The notes under the pieces: model-generated
Databases searched by the model: none
Told to the model about the DNA's origin: nothing
What the model saw: the letters and a program-made list of their open reading frames with translations, nothing else
Translations under genes and position numbers: made by a program
From: Paraspadella gotoi
Lineage: Eukaryota; Animalia; Chaetognatha
DNA length: 64,000 bases
Assembly: GCA_051294375.1 (NCBI GenBank)
Contig: CM119269.1
Location: 2,269,601 to 2,333,600, forward strand
Direction of reading: 5' to 3'
Shown here: positions 11,193 to 24,195 of the stretch, in pieces
How the letters are laid out: the number at the start of each line of letters is the position of its first letter
How positions within the stretch are numbered: the stretch's first letter is position 1

Positions 11193-14169
11193 GTCTATGA
11201 CTTTTGTCCCGTTTATTGCGCAAATTCCGGGTGCGACCCGCCCTATCATTACTGGCTTCCCGAGTGAACAGAAAAGAAGTTAATTATCCGTATTTTTGTA
11301 TAAAAACTACTGCAAAAAATGACTGGTTATCATCCTTAAAATGGACTAAAATTAATTAGCTTGATTTTAAATTTTTTTCTCTCAGTTAGTGAAGCGTTTC
11401 GTTATTGTAGTCATAGTATAAGTTAATATCAAAACAGTTCATTAAACTATTACAGCATTTAACTATTCATTATAATAAAAGTAAAATTATTTGAATATGT
11501 TTTTCTTCATTTTAGTGATACAGTGCCTTGCTTTTATTTTTTGTTGGTTATTCCTTAGCAATTAAATAAATAATATTTAAATAAACAATATCCTATTAAA
11601 AGCCTGACCTGAATACTGTGAATTCAGTGAATACTAGGGTGAATAGTAGGGTGGAGTGATGAAAAGATTGAGTGATTGAACATTATTTTTTCACTGCCTA
11701 TGGATATGTAATTAATGAATTTTAAATCCTTTTAAAATTTTTTTTGAGCAAAAGAGTATATATACTTCAATTATTTATGTATCCTTATAAAATCGTCAAA
11801 TTTTAATATATTTTAATTTTATTTTTAAGAACAGATTTAGATTCGCCGTAAAAAACTAAAAAACTTATTATATGATATTTTACCATTTGGATCACAAAAA
11901 ATGACTAAAACGTTTAAACATATATAAGTTTTTACTACAGAGAATAAAAAAATAATGAATTTTCCCCGTTTTAAAAGCTGAAGATGACAGAATTTTTGAT
12001 AACATGTTTTATATTTTTGATTCAACTTTTTATGAAGAATCTGAATCTTTATTAAAAGTTTAAATTTTTTTTAAAAAATTTACTATTTTATAAGGATATT
12101 AATACAAATATATTATATTTTACTATTCTGTTTCCGAGACAATAAGAACAAAATATTTTTTGTACTAGTTAATCATACTATCTCATATCTAAATATCCTT
12201 GTTCGATCATTTAAATAAATTTTTTGTTCTTGAGTGCTCTAGTGAATAGCCCTTTTGTCTCTTTCTGCAGTCCCACTTATAAACTATAAATCAAAACTTC
12301 CTCCATTCCGTTTTCATTCACCATTATTCTATAAGTAATTCTATAAGTATATCTGCTGGTCTGCTACTGAGCTTGTTTCTTTAAGAGCACTAATATTTAT
12401 TTTAAAGTAATGATAACTATGTGCTTGGGGGTCCAGCTCTTTTCGGAAAATATTTAAAAAATGTGTTTTATTAAGTATCTACATATTTCTTGAAACCTCC
12501 TGCAAGTTAGCGAGTATATCACAACTACCTAACCATATCTGACTTTTACCTACTTACCATTCTCATGATTCTGCTACTTACCCGATTCCAATTCCAAAAC
12601 CCGACTGACCAAAACAACATATGAACACTAAAAACCAAAATACAGGCGACAATTCCATTTTTACAACTGCCGACCTAAAGGAAAAGGGTAAGAGACATTT
12701 AAGAAATCGAGTAGCATGAACGTTTCATACTTGATAGTAAATGGTTGAATATTTAATATCTTGATCTAATATAGAATAACCTTCACACGAGCGTTACCTT
12801 TCCCGTTCTTTTTACATTCTGCTACTTCTACTTCAACAAGTTTGAGCAAACAATGTCGGATCTACCCACGATAATTTAGTGGCAATCAGATAATTAAATG
12901 ATAATTTATGAGAAATATTTTTGGGCATTCAGAAATTCAGACCTACAAAATGCAGTCATAATCTTAGACTAAAAATTACAAAAGAAAAAAGAGAGAAAAA
13001 ATCAACTGATCAACCAGCCAATTATAACTGGAAGAAAGAGAGAAAAAAAAAATTACAATTTAAAAAGAAATTAAATAAATGTGACCTCTGTTTTTTGCAT
13101 TTAAACTATTTTCCATTTGGACGATTCCATCGAAACTTTATATCTAGCTTAAACATACAGTTAACTTGTTTACCCATATACAAAATTCTAATTTGAGTAA
13201 TTATGAGTAAATATAAGCAAACAAATTCAAGTAAATTTGACTTTTGTTTTTCTATTTAAACTCATTTCCACTTTCACGATTCCATTTAAATTTCATATCC
13301 AGCTTAAACATACAGTTAACTTGTTTACCCACATACAAAATTTTATCTCAATCATCAAGTGGATTATAGAGTAGGAATCTGCGATAAGCAGGTCCGACAA
13401 ATTAAACAATTACATTTTTGCAAATTAAAAAAAAAAAATTACATTAGAAACGAACGTTCCTTCTCCCTTTTTTCTTCGTCTCTATTTTATCTCTTTCACT
13501 TCGATGAAATTCAATTAAAGCTTCTGAAATTCGAATTAGTATGTGTTTTTAAATTACTGAAAGAAAATATTGAAAATCATCGATATTTGATTCCACCTCA
13601 TTTCCTTTTAAGGAAAGAAAAAGAAAAGGGAATAAGGGAAAACTCCATTTTCTTTCTTTTCTTCTTCCGCGAAGATTAGAGGAACTGATTATGTGCTTCT
13701 GCTTCTCTGAGCCTTGAAAGGAGAAGGAAGAAAGTGGGTAAAAAAAAAAAGAAAAAGAAAGAAAAAGAAAAAAGAAAAGGAAGAAAAAGAAAAAAGAAAA
13801 GGAAGAAAAAGAAAAAAGAAAAGAAGAACTGGCAAGTTCAAGACGTTTCGCCGTCGTCAATTTTTATGGGAGATGCATTTACTAATTATCAAGTGACTAT
13901 ATAAGTTTAAAATTAATGTATGCTAAACATCATTTAATTTATCACTTATCTGTATATAGCATACAATATTGTGTGATGGTATTGACTTTCTGATCTTTTG
14001 AATTTTTATATGAATTATATGATTATAAAAGTCCATGCATAAAAATTATTTAATGATACTTCACCCTTTTGTTATGTATCATTAAAAGTGATTTTATGCT
14101 AGATACATGAATTATAAAACTATATTAATGCAATAATACCTAATATAAGAATATTTGAAATAAAATAAA

Positions 14170-14275
14170 ACTGACTAACCGAGAGTCGGACTGACCGACC
14201 TACCGAAAAGTAACTCATGTCATAGACATAGATTGCTCCTCGAATACTCGCGGCGCAACTGAAAATAAAAAAAAA
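14170..14275 (-). mobile_element. DINE-1/HINE-like element copy
   Basis: GACTGACCGACCTACCGAAA...GATTGCTCCTCGAATACTCGCGGCGCAACTGAAAATAAA, same family as the copies at 2350 and 49500. Confidence 0.55.
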
Positions 14276-14348
14276 AAAAAGAACAAAATGAATGGAGGAG
14301 GAAGATAGTACAAAACACAAGTGAAGAGAAAGATAAAACAGGAAAGGG

Positions 14349-14651
14349 AAAATTTTGGCCATATTTTCCCAGAACGCTCCGTTATATCTTAAATTAAATT
14401 AATTAAAAATTATAATTATATGGAATAAGCAAAGGATTAGGTTAGAGATTAAGACTGTAAATAGGGTTAGAGACTAGCGTTTAGGGTTAGAGGTTAAAGT
14501 TAAAAATTAAGATTAGGATTAGGGTTAGGGACTAAGATTAGGGATTTGTTTATAGGTTTAAAAATAAATTTAGGTTAAATATTATAGTTAAAATTAAATT
14601 TGGGATAAACGAACAAAAATAGCGAACTTTCGGAAAAGAGAGCCAAAATTT
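14349..14651. mobile_element. MITE-like element with internal degenerate TTAGGG repeats
   Basis: Inverted ends AAATTTTGGC..TTTTCC / GGAAAA..GCCAAAATTT enclose an imperfect (TTAGGG)n core at 14435-14580. A related right end (ACGAACAAAAATA..CTTTCGG..GCCAAAA) occurs at ~42745-42790. Confidence 0.55.
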
Positions 14652-14879
14652 CAATAAAACTTAAAATAATTAAGTAATGAGATTAATTAAACAAAATAGG
14701 AACTAGCGGTCAAATCGAACGTTAGTGACTTTGACGGTTAGGTAAATATTTGTTACTAACAAGGAAAGAATATTTACTAACTTTATGAACAAAAAAAAAA
14801 GAACGAAAAGAGGGGGAATCTTTGCTTGCACGGGCAACGTTGCAAGGGCGAGGGAGGGGGGGGGGCAAAAGAGATAGAA

Positions 14880-15400
14880 AGAACGCACGTACGTGTGCGT
14901 GTGCGCACCACTGCGATTGCACGAAAAGAGAGAGGGTAATCGCGGTCCGCCATCCGGGAGGCGGAAGAGGCTTCTCGAGGATGAGGAGACGATGCGAGAG
15001 AGTCAAAGGGAGGAGGAAGAGGAAGAAGAGCAGTGATGGTGTGAGAGCAACAGCGTGTCATCGATGCCGAGGGTTTTTCACATTGGCTCCGGTGGCGTCA
15101 GGTTCTCTCCACGCCCCCCCCAACCCACCTCTCTTTCTCTCACACTCGCGCGCGCGCCCATCTCTTTTCATTCTTCTTCTCGCTTAGTCACCAAGGAAAC
15201 GATAAATATACACAAACAAGCGTTTATAAACATACTTAGGATATTAATATCGCCGCGAAGAAGAAAAATTCGGTCAAGGGAATAGCGTTCTTCGGCTTTC
15301 TTTTTTCAACCAGTCTAGACCACGCGCCTTCTCTTCCGACGTGAGATGTTTTTTTTTTCCTTTTCTCCCTTTCCTTTAAAATGGCGGAGGTGGAAGGGAT
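14880..15400 (+). promoter_or_regulatory. CpG-rich candidate promoter/5' UTR region for the 17449 gene
   Basis: Local GC/CpG-rich non-coding island in AT-rich intergenic DNA, containing a YY1-like AAAATGGCGG motif (~15378-15387). The assignment is an inference. Confidence 0.3.
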
Positions 15401-17448
15401 TTTTTTTTTTCTTCTTCTATTTTTCCTTTTCGTGATAATCGTGATCCGGGATCCGTTAACGTCGTTTACCCGGTTAATCTTTTAATGAGATCATGGAGAT
15501 CAATTCGTTACTTCGGTGGTCGAAATTTCGCGTGTCGGAGAAACCGATCCGATTTTCGCGGATCGTTTTATAGCGACGACGAGGACCCACGACGACGACG
15601 ACGACGACGACGACGACAACGACAACGACAACACTTGTCAACTGTCATCGGATAAGAAGTCGTTCGGTCGATTTTAATCGATAATAGGATAAGGAATGAG
15701 ACGATCGATTTGATCGGTTTGGTATTAATTAATTAAAGATGAACAATTAATTAATTTTTTTAAATCAATTATTTTTATCTCGTTTCTCGAATAGGGTCAA
15801 GATGATAAATTAGCCAGACGATCAGTCTTTCATTCAGTCTTTATGGAATACTTTTGAAATATTATTATTTAAAAAAAAAAAAGAGCTAAATAAGGAAGCC
15901 TTGACTAATCACAATTTTCTTCTCACTATTATCGTCTGGGAGTAAACTCCGTAGTTCAAGGTTGTTGCTCACATTTTAGCTCTACTGGAGATATTTTTTT
16001 AGAAAAACAAGTTTAAGCAAACAATGTCGGATCTGCCCACGATCATTAGCGGTAATTAATTAATAAATTAATTTATTAGATCCAAAATGTCTTTTTGGGT
16101 CTTTTCGTCATTGACCACGACAACGACGATGGCGACGACGAAAATAATGCCGATAACGATTGACTTAATTTATTGTTTGATTGATTGATTAAATAATTAA
16201 TTAATTGATAAATAAATTGATTGATTGAATAATTGATTAATAGATAAAGAAATTGATTGCTTGAATAATTACTTGATTAATTTTCCTATTAATTAATTAT
16301 TTTTAGAACATGTGTAACAAAAGTATTTGCGCAGTAGACCTTAAAAAGTAGCAAAAAATAAAAGAGTACTTGACGCCACTTACCCGCCTCACCCCCCGCA
16401 CCCCCTCCCGCCCCCCCTTTCGTCTCGATCGAAGCTCAAGAAAGCAGAGAGTTTTTAAAAATCTCTTTAAAATGCTTATTCGTTTTTTATTTTTAAATCT
16501 TTATTCTTATCTTATTCATTTGTACCGAAAGCAAAAAACGAGGGTGAAAGACCGTTTGGAAGGAAAAAAAGCAAATTTTATTTTGATTTCTATAACTAGC
16601 CAAATTGCTTACAAATGAGAAAGTTTCAAATTTAGTCTAATTAAGATCACTGTTATCACGCTGTGAGTCATCGCAGTCGAATAGGCTAAGATAAAGGGTC
16701 TGGATCCCCTTTACTCACAAAAGTCTGTTTTTATATCAGGTCAAGGTGACTCTCGATTCACTAGCATTGACTACATACGATGTAATTGTAGCCTTCATTA
16801 TTATAAATTCTCTTTTTACTATAATCCTTTGCATTCCTTATTACAGGAACATGAAGAAGATAACCTACAGAAAAAAAAAGACATTATTAACAAATCGCAT
16901 TCTTTCTAGGAAAAAAAAAATTGCTAATAAACTCGTCCAATTTAATTTTTGCCTCTGACTTGATTGACGATTCGTTAAACATTCTTTTGCCCACGAGTTC
17001 TCCTCCTTTAACTTCTCCTCAATACTCCTCCTTCCTCTAATCATCCTCGATCACGCCCCCACGACCTTCGCCACCTGTTGCACCTGTTGCACCTTCATTC
17101 TTTCCCAAACCGCACCTGTTTCCTCGACCCGTTTCCTCGACCCGTTTCCTCGACCTTTCCCTCGAACGCGGAAGTGATATCGGATATTCTAAAAAATACA
17201 TTCCCTTTGATTTTTTTTGGGGTGAATCTTAAGAGCTAGTCTTTGCAAGTTCATTTTAATCCGTTCTACACTATTTCAGCCAAGCGGTTCGTACTCCCTA
17301 GTTATTACACACGTAACCACTCCTTCAGTTGACCGCCTGACCCCTCCACTCCTTTCGCTCAAAAATCTTTTTCCAACTATTCCCCATCCGCCCATCTTTA
17401 TCGCTTTGCCGGGTCCTCGACAAGTCAAAGCTTTTCCCCCCCCACCCT

Positions 17449-18617
17449 ATGGGCGGCGGCCGCGAGTCTTCCTCCTCATCCTCTGCCGGGATGTCCAGCG
17501 CGCCGCTTTCCCGCGGAGGAACGCCCACCTCCGGCGGCGGTGGCGGCGGAGCGGCGTCGTCGTTGACCGCCGCCATGGGCCGCCTGCTCCGTCGTACTCG
17601 CAGCGGGACGTTCCTCAACGCCGCCAACAACCAACAGCAACACCACAATCAACATTCGTCGGCGTCGACGACGGGGAACAACTCGGAGAGTTCGCAGAAC
17701 ACCACCCCGTCCAGGTGAGGGGTTACGAAAGGAGAATAAAAGAAATTTATTTACTAATTGGCATCCATTACACATTTTGTTTTAGGGTTAATATCGATGC
17801 TTATTGCTTAAGGTGCTCTTTCTCAGGTTTCACCCTCCCGCCAGAGGGCTATGCGAAGGCGGCTTTCTCGATCCGCTCGAACCAACAAATCACAGCACGC
17901 GTCTCTACCGACACTCCAAAGGTTATTCTCCGCATAACAATAATAACAACAACAATCACCTAAACAATAACCATAACAACAACAACCCGTACTTGACGAG
18001 CCGGTCGCCTTCGCGTGAGATGAAGACGGCGTCGGTTGGACATTACGGCGCCGGTCGGTCGCCAGAAGGAGACTGGACGGTCGCCGGACGATTAGCCGGC
18101 GCAGGAGGTCGCGGCGACGCGGAGTGGGAGGCGTCGGCGGCGCGTCTTCGTCGACGTCATCATTCCATTTCCGGCGACAAGGGCGTCGACCTGAGGAACG
18201 CTCATCTCAGGAGGCTGTCGTTGACCCAAGTCAGTGGTTGTGGAAGTTAATAGGAGTTTTTTAATTTTCTTCGGTTGCTTCTTTATTTTTTATTTATTTA
18301 AGTTTTATTTATTTAAGTTTTATTTATTTAAGTTTTATTTATTTAAGTTTTATTCATTTAAGTTTTATTTATTTAAGCTTTATTCATTTAAGTTTTATTT
18401 ATTTAATTTTTATTTATTTAAGTTTCATTTATTTAAGTTTTATTTATTTAAGTTTTATTTATTTAAGTTTTATTTATTTAAGTTTTATTCATTTAAGTTT
18501 TATTTATTTACATTTTATTTATATAATTTTTATTTATTTAATTTTTATTTATTTAAGTTTTATTTATTTAAGTTTTATTATTTGAGTTTTATTTTTTTAA
18601 GTTTTATTATTTAAGTT

Positions 18618-18648
<31 letters not shown>

Positions 18649-18933
18649 TTTTTTTTTTTTATTTATTTATTATTTATTTTTTATTTTTTTTTTATTTATT
18701 TATTTATTTATTTCTGTCTTTGTTTCTTTATTTCTTTCTTTCTTTCTTTCTTTCTTTCTTTTTTTCTTTCTTTCTTTCTTTCTTTCTTTTAATTTTTTTT
18801 ATATTCTGTTTTTTTCTTTTTAACTCTCTCTCTATAAACCATCTCCTTCTCTCTCCCTCCCAAAGGCTCAAACGGACGGCAATTCCGACACCTCCAACTC
18901 ACCCGACTCCTCGCCTCCGCCTAGAAACCGCGG

Positions 18934-18964
<31 letters not shown>

Positions 18965-21900
18965 CCAATCCGGGTCAGCGTGCACTCCTCCCACTCGGGC
19001 TCCACCTCGAACTTGGCCGTATCACGGGGGAACACCCCGACGCACGGCCACGGGGGCACTTATCCCAGACACGTTCTGCCGCCGGGACACGGCGGAGGCG
19101 GCGCTGAGTCGACGCGGACGAGCTACTCGGCGGCGGCTTCTTCGTCGACGATGATGACGACGACGTCGACGACGACGTCGACGGGAAAGCGAATTCCCAA
19201 CTCCCACTCACACAACTCCACCATCGCTGCCTATCACTCGGACGTGGAGGCGCAGCACCACGAGAGACTCTCGAGGCAGGCGTCGAACAGGTGAGCGTGG
19301 CGGAAGGGGGTGCGGGGAATCGTGGTCTGTTGTGGAGAAGTGGGGTGGGAGTTTAGGAAAACACGTTTTTTAATCTCTTCCGCCTCGTCGACCAGGTACC
19401 GCCTGAACCGCTCCAAGAGTCAGTCACGCCTATACACGAAGGAACCGCCCGGAATCACTCCCGAGCCGCTGACATCGCCGGCCGGCGCCGACGGACGACG
19501 CAGTAGCAGCGGCAGCCGCGTTGTCAGCGCCGCAGCTCAACGCCCGGGCCGCGGCGCCACTTCTCCCTCCGGACACTCCTCCTACAAGAACGCCCTGCTA
19601 TCTGACACTCCACGTCACGGCCGCAAACAATACGGCAATCCGCAGCCGCAGCAGGGATCGTCGCAGCAGCAACAGCAAGTTGATCTTTACGGAGCATCGA
19701 AGCCCAGCGGAGCCGAAGGAGGCCACAGAGGAGCCCAAGCGGACAACGGACTTCGTGGCGGACAAAGTGTCACCGCCGTCCGCGACGTTCCGTACTCCAA
19801 CTTCAAGAGCAGCAAGGCTGCGATGAACCGGAGCTCGTGGGCCGGCGCCAGCGCCTCTGGGGCACCGGTTGCCATGTCGACGCCGACCCCGCTGCAGCCT
19901 CAGCAACAGGGATTCGCCGCCGCCACACGAGCGCGAACCGCCTCCACTGCCTTTAGTTCACGCGGTCCGACGCCGCCCCCGCCGCCTAAGCCGGATTTGG
20001 GCGCGAGCGGCGGGGCGAGCGGCAGAGTGAGCGGCTCCGCGGACAGCGTCGACGGGCGAGCGGAGAGTCGGGCTGAGGGAGGGCGATGCCAAGACGGAGC
20101 GGTAGCGAGCGGCGGACTGAACGAATCTCTGTTGCACCTCGCCCTCGGAGGCGCTTCCTCGTCGACGGCCCCGTCGCCCGCTCACAGGATGCCGCTGAGT
20201 CTCTCTCCAGCCCCTACTCATCACAAAAACAGTCTCATCGACATCGGGAGTTCGGGTGAGGAATTTGAGGACAGATTTGGGGGGGGGGAAATTAGGCTGG
20301 GGAAAAATAAATAAGAGATAATAAGTCCCTGAAACTAAATGTGTAATATTGCCAATTGGTAAATTAATCTCTGTTATTTTTCTTTTCCGTTTTCAGCTGC
20401 GTTGCTGCCTCCGCATTTGGTCGAAGGTGTCAAGCAAGTCGTCGATGAATCAGTGGCCGAATTGCGCGAAAATCTTCAAGAATGTCTGCAAGCGATTCAG
20501 GTAATTTTAGTTTAAGATAAAAAAGAATGTAACTAAAAACGTGGAAAGAGAGCTTAATTCTTTTGGGAGTTAGAACCTGCGCTTGATCCAAATAATTATC
20601 ATGATTATATAATTATATTTTCGATTCTTAACCCCGGCCTCGAACTTTTTATCGAGCCTTGACCGGCGAAGCCGGGTCAGGCCTCTATAATGTTTAGGGT
20701 TGCTTCTTTGTGACGTAGTCGTCGTCGTCGTACGTCGTCGTCGTCCGTCACGCTGTTTTCATATATAAAACTACTACGCTTTTATAGGTTTGGCTGTGAC
20801 TTACCGTTTTTTTTTAAATAAAAATTATTATGAATTATGATAAAGTTTTACAAAAGTGTGCGATCATAGTAAGTTAAAAATTTAGATATGGCTTTTCATC
20901 TTGAAATAGCTGTGATATTTTCATATTACATTTGGATTTAAGTATTTTTTTTTGAATTTCCACTTCATTATGATTTACTGCAATATGCAAATGAGATTAA
21001 AGTACTCCTTATAATATCCAAATTAGTATATAGAAATGCTTTAATCTAATTTACATATTGCAGTATATAAATATTGAAGATGAAATTCAAAAAATTTGTT
21101 TTAAATTTTTAATAAAAATGGGAACTCAAAGGATTTTTTTAATGAGAAGCTATATCTTAATTTTAATACAAATATAAATTAAATCTTTTACAAGCTGCGA
21201 TTGGAAAAATTGGAAAAAATTTCCAATTGTAAACAATTGTAACATATTTTTGCCTTCTTTTATTTCTTTAAATTATATATAGATTTTCTTTCTATATTTG
21301 TCAGTTTTTGGTATTAATAAAAAAAAAAAAAAAAAAAAAATATATTTGTCAGTTGCTGCTTTTTCTGAACCCTTAAAAAACGAGTTCAGGTTCTGCAGTG
21401 ACTGTTCAGCTGGCTTCCAGCTTTCTCTTTCTTTCTGTCTCTTTGTCTCTCTTTTTCTCTTCTGTCTCTCTTCTCTCTCTTTCTGTCTTTCTGTCTCTCT
21501 CACTCTGTACGATCGTTCGTTTTTTGAAAAATTCTGATTATTTTTTTTCCTTCTCAAAACTTTTATTATCGCCATTTATTCCGCGCTTTTTTTTTCAATA
21601 CAAAATCCCAAATTTATATCTGAGATATAATTGGAAAGAATTCGGTTTTTCTTTTTCTCTCTCTCTCTCCTCTCTCTCTTATTATTTTTTTAAAAAAATG
21701 AAGAATAACTTATAATGATATGCATTATCACATATAAATCAGCTAATGTGACCTATTATATATGCAGCACTTTCGCCGAATAATATAATTGCATGCATCA
21801 CATTATAAAAAAAAAATTGTTTTTATTTATTATTGCAACTTTGGACCGGTTGGCCCACTATTGGCAAATTATATCTAAAATAGGAGTTGATAAGAGAGAT

Positions 21901-22553
21901 ATAGTCAAATTAAACATTACTTTTTTTGTTATTCTGATAATTTGTACTATTATTAAATTTATAAATATTTTTAGTGTATATATTTAATCATTTTTAACTT
22001 TTTTTAAATAATAATTATTTGAGTTGTGATAACTATTTATAAATTAATTAAATATGCAAATATTAAATTTGAACCTCGGTCTGGTTTCTTCCTAAAAAAA
22101 GAACAATCTTTTTCTCTCTATCTCTCTTTCTCTCTCTCTCTCTCCTCTCTCATCTCTCTCTCTCTCTCTCTCGTCTCTCTCTCTCTCTCTCTTTCTCTTT
22201 TTTTTTCCTTCTAAAAACTTTTATTACGCCATTTATTCCGAGATTTTCGTGGATTTTTTCCTTCTAAAAACTTTTATTATCGCATTTATTATTTTATCTC
22301 AAATACAAAAATCCCAAATACAATAACTTACTTAACCTAGATTTCGTGGCGTGCGGAGCAACAAGTAAACAATGTCGAGGAACATGAACCTAATACGCGT
22401 TACGTGTATAAAAAAAAATCAACATAGACCCAATTTCACGACGCCGTTGCGAGGCAACGGATAACCGATATAAACGAGAGTGACCTAATAATGCGTCTCG
22501 TTGGTGGGAAAACTCTCTCCTCTCTCTCTTTCTCACTCTCCCTCCCTCTTTCT

Positions 22554-22592
<39 letters not shown>

Positions 22593-22803
22593 CCTCTCTC
22601 ATCTCTCTCTCTCTCTCTCTTTTTTTTTCCTTCTAAAAACTTTTATTATCGCCATTTATTCCGCGCTTTTTTCTCAATACAAAATCACAAATTTTACATC
22701 CGAGATTTTCGTGGTTTTTTTCTAAAAATTCTGATTATTCTTTATATAAACGAGACCTAATAATGCGTTTCGTTGGCGGGAAAACTGTCCAGCCTCTCTC
22801 TCT

Positions 22804-22866
<63 letters not shown>

Positions 22867-23324
22867 ACTCATACACGCATTTGTTGTTTTATTTACGATG
22901 AAATGATTCAGCGCGTCAATAGAATCACTATCATCGCATCAATGAATGACTATCATCGTATCCAATGAATGATATCATCATATCAATGAATGACTATCAT
23001 CGCATCAATCATTTGATTATCATCCACATCAGTCATTTTGTTATCATCGCATCAATTATTGGTTATCATCGCGTCAATATTTGGTTATCATCGCATCAAT
23101 ATTTGGTTATCATCGCATCAATATTTGGTTCTATCGAAAAGCGGCTCGATCTTTATGCTTTTAAGATTTTTTTTTTTCAGAGGGAGATGGTCCGTCAGTT
23201 CGAAGTTCAGTTGGGTGAACTCCAGCAACTTCTCCACCAACAGCAGAGTCAGCAGACCCAGCAGCTCGTCGAAGAAAACAAAAGACTCAGAGACGAGATT
23301 CGCCAGTTGCGAAAACTCTACTGA
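17449..23324 (+). CDS. ~733 aa low-complexity (S/G/A/P/H/Q-rich) protein with a NEDD1-like C-terminal coiled coil
   Basis: Exons 17449-17714, 17827-18229, 18866-19290, 19396-20255, 20397-20500 and 23181-23324 are joined by GT-AG introns with consistent phases (2,0,2,1,0; total 2202 nt). The C-terminus VKQVVDESVAELRENLQECLQAIQREMVRQFEVQLGELQQLL...LVEENKRLRDEIRQLRKLY resembles the NEDD1/GCP-WD tail. The start codon is assumed. Confidence 0.75.
18288..18615. repeat. 15-bp minisatellite (TTTTATTTATTTAAG)n in intron
   Basis: About 20 near-identical units; they produce the spurious (FYLFK)n ORF. Confidence 0.9.
20646..20755 (+). mobile_element. Second HINE/DINE-like family end (hairpin plus GTC microsatellite)
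   Basis: TTTTTATCGAGCCTTGACCGGCGAAGCCGGGTCAGGCCTCTATA forms a hairpin (TGACCGGC-GAA-GCCGGGTCA), followed by (GTC)n..GTCCGTC. Confidence 0.45.
22925..23130. repeat. ~21-bp minisatellite just upstream of last exon of NEDD1-like gene
   Basis: Repeated TATCATCGCATCAAT(GAATGAC/ATTTGGT) units. Confidence 0.8.
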
Positions 23325-23671
23325 CAAAAGGGAAAGCGACTATGATCGCAAGGAAAAAGGATATATATATTACGTTCTTTTGTTTTTCGGTTCAGTTGTT
23401 AGTTATCGCCCTCTGGCTGAATGATTACGACGAGAGGTGGACGAAGACGACGGGTGGAAAAAAACCCCGCTTATTATTATTGTTAAAATTACTCAAATTA
23501 TCACCATCACAAAAGTAATACACAGATTTGCACTTGGGGGTATGGGATAGTATGATTATTGATTAATTTATTGATTGATTAATCAATGATTAATAAGGAA
23601 ATTTCGTTTATTGAGGAATTTGGCTTTGTGGCAAAGGATCTCTGGGTTTTGATGATAGGGGACTTGAAATA

Positions 23672-24195
23672 CAGGGAGGTCCAAAAATATTTTTAAACGA
23701 GAAAATTAGTAAAAAAATGTTACGGAAATACAATCTATTAAAATATTTAACCTTCGGCAACTATGGCCTTCTCAAAGTGTCCAGAAAAGGCGGCACAGTG
23801 GAGCAACAGCACATGCTTTTGCGACCGCGCCCTAGGGAATGAGGTGATTCATCTAACTTTTACCACTGTCAGAAAGTTGACAGTTCTGGAGGGGATGCGT
23901 GAGACATTTTCATTAATCCAGGGGATTGCAGTCAGAAAAAACTGCGCGGTTAAAAGTTTTAAAAGTTTTTAAAAGTTTTTTCCGAAACTTTTATAAAAAA
24001 GCGGCGCGAAAAATTATGACATGTTATGCAAAAAGTATAAAATATAGGAGTTGTTGGATTTTCCAGAGATTTTTGATATTGATCAAAAAAAAAAAATAGC
24101 CCAGTTTCTAAATGTAATATCTTTTTTCTTCTATCATAAACTGTTTTCGTGCTGTAAGCAACAGAAGCTAGTCCCAAGAGACCTGGACCTCCCTG
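23672..24195. mobile_element. Tc1/mariner-like MITE (~520 bp)
   Basis: Perfect 12-bp terminal inverted repeat CAGGGAGGTCCA (23672-23683) / TGGACCTCCCTG (24184-24195). The left flank is TA and the right flank TG. No coding capacity is evident. Confidence 0.6.

Noticed and set aside
21540-22790. Locally duplicated ~100-bp segments around (TC)n tracts (also 13040-13350, and 12835 vs 16005)
   Set aside because: Ordinary local duplications or repeat fragments in introns and intergenic DNA, with no distinctive structure.
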